The notes under the pieces: model-generated | The model's input: the letters and a program-made list of their open reading frames with translations, nothing else | Told to the model about the DNA's origin: nothing | Databases searched by the model: none | Source of the DNA: Candidatus Latescibacterota bacterium | Lineage (GTDB): Bacteria > Latescibacterota > UBA2968 > UBA8231 | Direction: 5' to 3' | Assembly: GCA_965204725.1 (NCBI GenBank) | Contig: OZ242005.1 | Span: 736,001 to 800,000, forward strand | Length of the DNA: 64,000 bases | In this document: piece by piece, positions 61,311-64,000 of the stretch | Layout: each line of letters opens with the position of its first letter | How positions within the stretch are numbered: position 1 is the first letter of the stretch | Made by a program: the position numbers and the translations under genes

Positions 61311-64000
61311 TTATTCGCGCTCCGGCTCGAATACCAGTTCTGGCACCACTACCTCCCAAGCATCGCATTGCACGTGGTCTTGGTACTGCGGCTCCGACGC
61401 TTCGCGGCTCCAAGCCACGACCGCGAAGACCGTGGCCGACCTGCATCGCGTTCGCGGTGGGGGTTCAAACGCTCGGGCGAGATGCCCTACCACTGTCCCC
61501 GACCGGTCCAGCAATTCCCAAGAGCCCGTTTTGGCAATCCGCGTTGCTAGCCGATCACCGGGTGCCAAAGCGGCAATCGCGCGATGCACCTGATGGTTGG
61601 CGTGGCGACGCCCCGCAAAACCCAGATTGACCTCGCGCAGACTGGGCCGTCGATATTGACGTGCGAGTTCCAAGGTTTCCGGCGGCAAGCCGCCGGCCGG
61701 GCGGTGTAAAACGGGGCCGTTGTTCGGAAGGGCCTGCGGTAGCGAAGGCAAGCACCCCAAGTACGCCGGGGGTTCAGGCTCCTTTACGACATTAGGCTGC
61801 ATAGGACCGCCGGCGCGGCGCGATCCTTGAAAACGCACCAGAGCGAGGGTCTGCCGGGCGCGCGTCATGGCCACGTAGTAGAGCCGGCGCGGCGCATCCG
61901 AGTCCTCGCCCTTGTTGATTTTGTCCCAGCCTCCATCGAGCACGGCCACGTGGTCAAACTCCAATCCCTTGGCGCGGTGCGCGGTCAACAGCAAGAGCCC
62001 GCGCTGGCGGCGGCGTATGTCTCGCCCCCACTCGGCCAGCCACTCAATGAAGTGGTCCACGGGCATTTCCGCGTCGCCGCTTTCTAGGGCGCACTCATCG
62101 AGGGCCTGCCGTAGTAGATCGTTCCACGAACTGGGCTTTTGCGCCGCCAGCCAGCCCCTCAGATCAGCACGACCGACGATCCGGGTCTCTCGCCCGCGCA
62201 GCCATTCAACAAGCATTCGGGTTTCTCTCAGGTGCCAGAAGCTAGGGATTTCTTCGTTCCCCATCTGCACTGGGATGCCGTAGGCTTCGCAGAATGCGCG
62301 TACTGGATCCAGATACTTCCACTCACGTGCGATCACCGCGCACGTGGACCAGTCCCAGTCCGGTGCGAGGGGGGCGAGGCGCTGCAACTCCGTCATCGCA
62401 CTCCACGCTTGCGCGATCGGATCGGGCCGCGCCGGTAGAATCTGCACTCGGCCTTGAGCAACCGCATCCAACGCACCCCAGTCGCCGCCCGGCGGATTCT
62501 CCGCACGGGCCCGATCTATGCGGATAGGATGCCCCGTCTTCATCCGTTGTCGAGCCGGCTCGATCCACGCATTGGCCGATGCGATGATGTGGCTGGTGGA
62601 ACGGTAGTTGTCGATCAGGTACGTGGGCTTCGGCCCGTAATCCGCTTCAAAACGACGGATGAACCCCACTGAAGCCCCGTTGAAGGCGTAGATATTCTGA
62701 TCGTCGTCACCTACTGCGAAGAGGGTGAGCTTGCGATCTTCATCTAGGGTCCGTCCAGCCAAGGCCGCTATCAATTCGTATTGATCGGCACCGATGTCTT
62801 GGTATTCGTCCACGAGTATCCAGCGGAAACCAGCGAGAAGCCGTTCCCGCTGATCGTCTGCGTCCTCCGGCTCCAGCCCCTCGCCGCGCAGCAGCGCCAC
62901 TGCTTGGCGCAACACCTGCTGAAATGCATCGTCGCCCAGCAGGTGCCTCGCCCGCTCTTGGAAGCTGACGCCGACTAGTCGCATGGCCAACGCATGACAG
63001 GTGAGCACGGTTACTCCCCGAGCGTCGTCGCCGAGCAAATCCACGAGGCGTCGTCGGATCTCGACCGCTGCGTGCCGGTTGTAAGCCAAGGCCAAGATGC
63101 CGCGGGGATTCTCGCGCCTTACACGCACTAGGTACGCGATGCGATGCACTAGCACGCGCGTCTTGCCGGAGCCGGGACCGGCGAGCACCAGCACGTTGGT
63201 CTGGTCCCGATCGTCCGCGACGATGCGTTGCTGAATGGGATTCTTCAGGCTTTCGACTATGGTTCGCCACGACTCAGGCGTGGTCTCCCGTGCAATCTCC
63301 TCGTCCCGCTCTGGCAACCAATGGCGGAGGAAATCCTCCTCCCCCAAGCTAAAGTAGTCAACGGCCAAACGCAGAGCCTCGGCCATGTCGTCAAGGCCCT
63401 GCTCGGCAAATTCCGCCATCACGTGGATCTGCCGCACCTGCCCCTTGTAATGGAGCTCGAGCGGTACAAAGTCGGCTTTGGCAAAGCCGCGCTTCTCTTC
63501 GCCCAGCCGGATGGTCATGGCCGGGCGGAATACCGCTAGCCCCTTGTTCAGGCGGATGACCTCCTGCTCGTGTAGCCATAGGAGGGCGCGGTCTAGCAAT
63601 TTCTCGGGGTTCCTGCTCTTGCTTAGAAGTAAGTCGGACGTGATCGCTGCCAACAGGTTGCCGAGGGTCGTCTCAGCCAGCAGGTCCACGCCCCGGCTGC
63701 CGGGCGGCAGGCAAGCGAGCAAGTGATTCAGCAAGCACTTGGCCCCATCGCGGCGGCGCGACGCGAGTTCCTCCAAATCCGACCACTCGCGCCGTAGCGT
63801 CACCTGCACCGTCTCGGCATCCCGCTGTCGCACCCCCAGGCTGCCGGCGTCGCCCCCTTCGCCGCGCCCGTCGCGAGCGATGCTGCGGAGAATGCGCCCC
63901 AGCCGTTCCGGCAGCGGATTGGCCACTCCCGCATCTCGCAGCGTCTGCGCGGCGACGCGCAAATGCAGGGTTGAGGCGTCTCCCTTACCCATATCCGGGG
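61311..64000 (-). CDS. 3' part of a large helicase with a UvrD/REP (SF1) domain, probably a RecQ-UvrD fusion; 5' end lies outside the window
   Basis: 'LAGPGSGKT', 'LAYNRHAA', 'TCHAL', 'ILVDEYQD', 'AVGDDDQNIY', 'NYRS', 'TAHRAKGLEFD', 'RRLYYVAMTRAR'; more than 240 aa of extra sequence precede motif I. Confidence 0.85.
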   Translation of the reverse strand, partial: PDMGKGDASTLHLRVAAQTLRDAGVANPLPERLGRILRSIARDGRGEGGDAGSLGVRQRDAETVQVTLRREWSDLEELASRRRDGAKCLLNHLLACLPPGSRGVDLLAETTLGNLLAAITSDLLLSKSRNPEKLLDRALLWLHEQEVIRLNKGLAVFRPAMTIRLGEEKRGFAKADFVPLELHYKGQVRQIHVMAEFAEQGLDDMAEALRLAVDYFSLGEEDFLRHWLPERDEEIARETTPESWRTIVESLKNPIQQRIVADDRDQTNVLVLAGPGSGKTRVLVHRIAYLVRVRRENPRGILALAYNRHAAVEIRRRLVDLLGDDARGVTVLTCHALAMRLVGVSFQERARHLLGDDAFQQVLRQAVALLRGEGLEPEDADDQRERLLAGFRWILVDEYQDIGADQYELIAALAGRTLDEDRKLTLFAVGDDDQNIYAFNGASVGFIRRFEADYGPKPTYLIDNYRSTSHIIASANAWIEPARQRMKTGHPIRIDRARAENPPGGDWGALDAVAQGRVQILPARPDPIAQAWSAMTELQRLAPLAPDWDWSTCAVIAREWKYLDPVRAFCEAYGIPVQMGNEEIPSFWHLRETRMLVEWLRGRETRIVGRADLRGWLAAQKPSSWNDLLRQALDECALESGDAEMPVDHFIEWLAEWGRDIRRRQRGLLLLTAHRAKGLEFDHVAVLDGGWDKINKGEDSDAPRRLYYVAMTRARQTLALVRFQGSRRAGGPMQPNVVKEPEPPAYLGCLPSLPQALPNNGPVLHRPAGGLPPETLELARQYRRPSLREVNLGFAGRRHANHQVHRAIAALAPGDRLATRIAKTGSWELLDRSGTVVGHLARAFEPPPRTRCRSATVFAVVAWSREASEPQYQDHVQCDAWEVVVPELVFEPERE

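Overview
High-GC bacterial chromosome segment. Secreted proteins with FlgD-Ig/'PNGDG' and 'NYPNPFN' C-terminal domains point to an FCB-group organism such as Latescibacterota, possibly host- or sponge-associated (inference). Housekeeping blocks are rsmB-PASTA-rpe, ffh-rpsP-rimM-trmD-rplS, recJ-apgM-GDPD, hom-apgM-like-asd, ybbA/ybbP/tesA, dusB and sodN. They are interleaved with small accessory modules: a Dam-type methylase, higBA, an orphan hicB, an ABC/AAA-ATPase + DUF4276-like pair, an AbiEii-like pair, XRE-IrrE + PIN, a RelE remnant and a large helicase fusion. The most striking element is an ~8.9 kb head-to-tail array of six near-identical membrane-anchored arylsulfotransferase (ASST)-like genes (7982-16835). 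The six copies keep the catalytic motifs but have hypervariable, mosaic loop segments. The array lies between two FlgD-domain genes and is bounded by a 12-bp imperfect direct repeat. Second, a ~2.3 kb compositionally alien segment (leishmanolysin-like lipoprotein + ankyrin protein, no mobility gene) splits the DUF4276-like gene. A 54-bp REP-like element occurs twice. No CRISPR array, rRNA, tRNA, integrase, transposase or reverse transcriptase was recognised. Family assignments come from motif recognition only; no searches were run.
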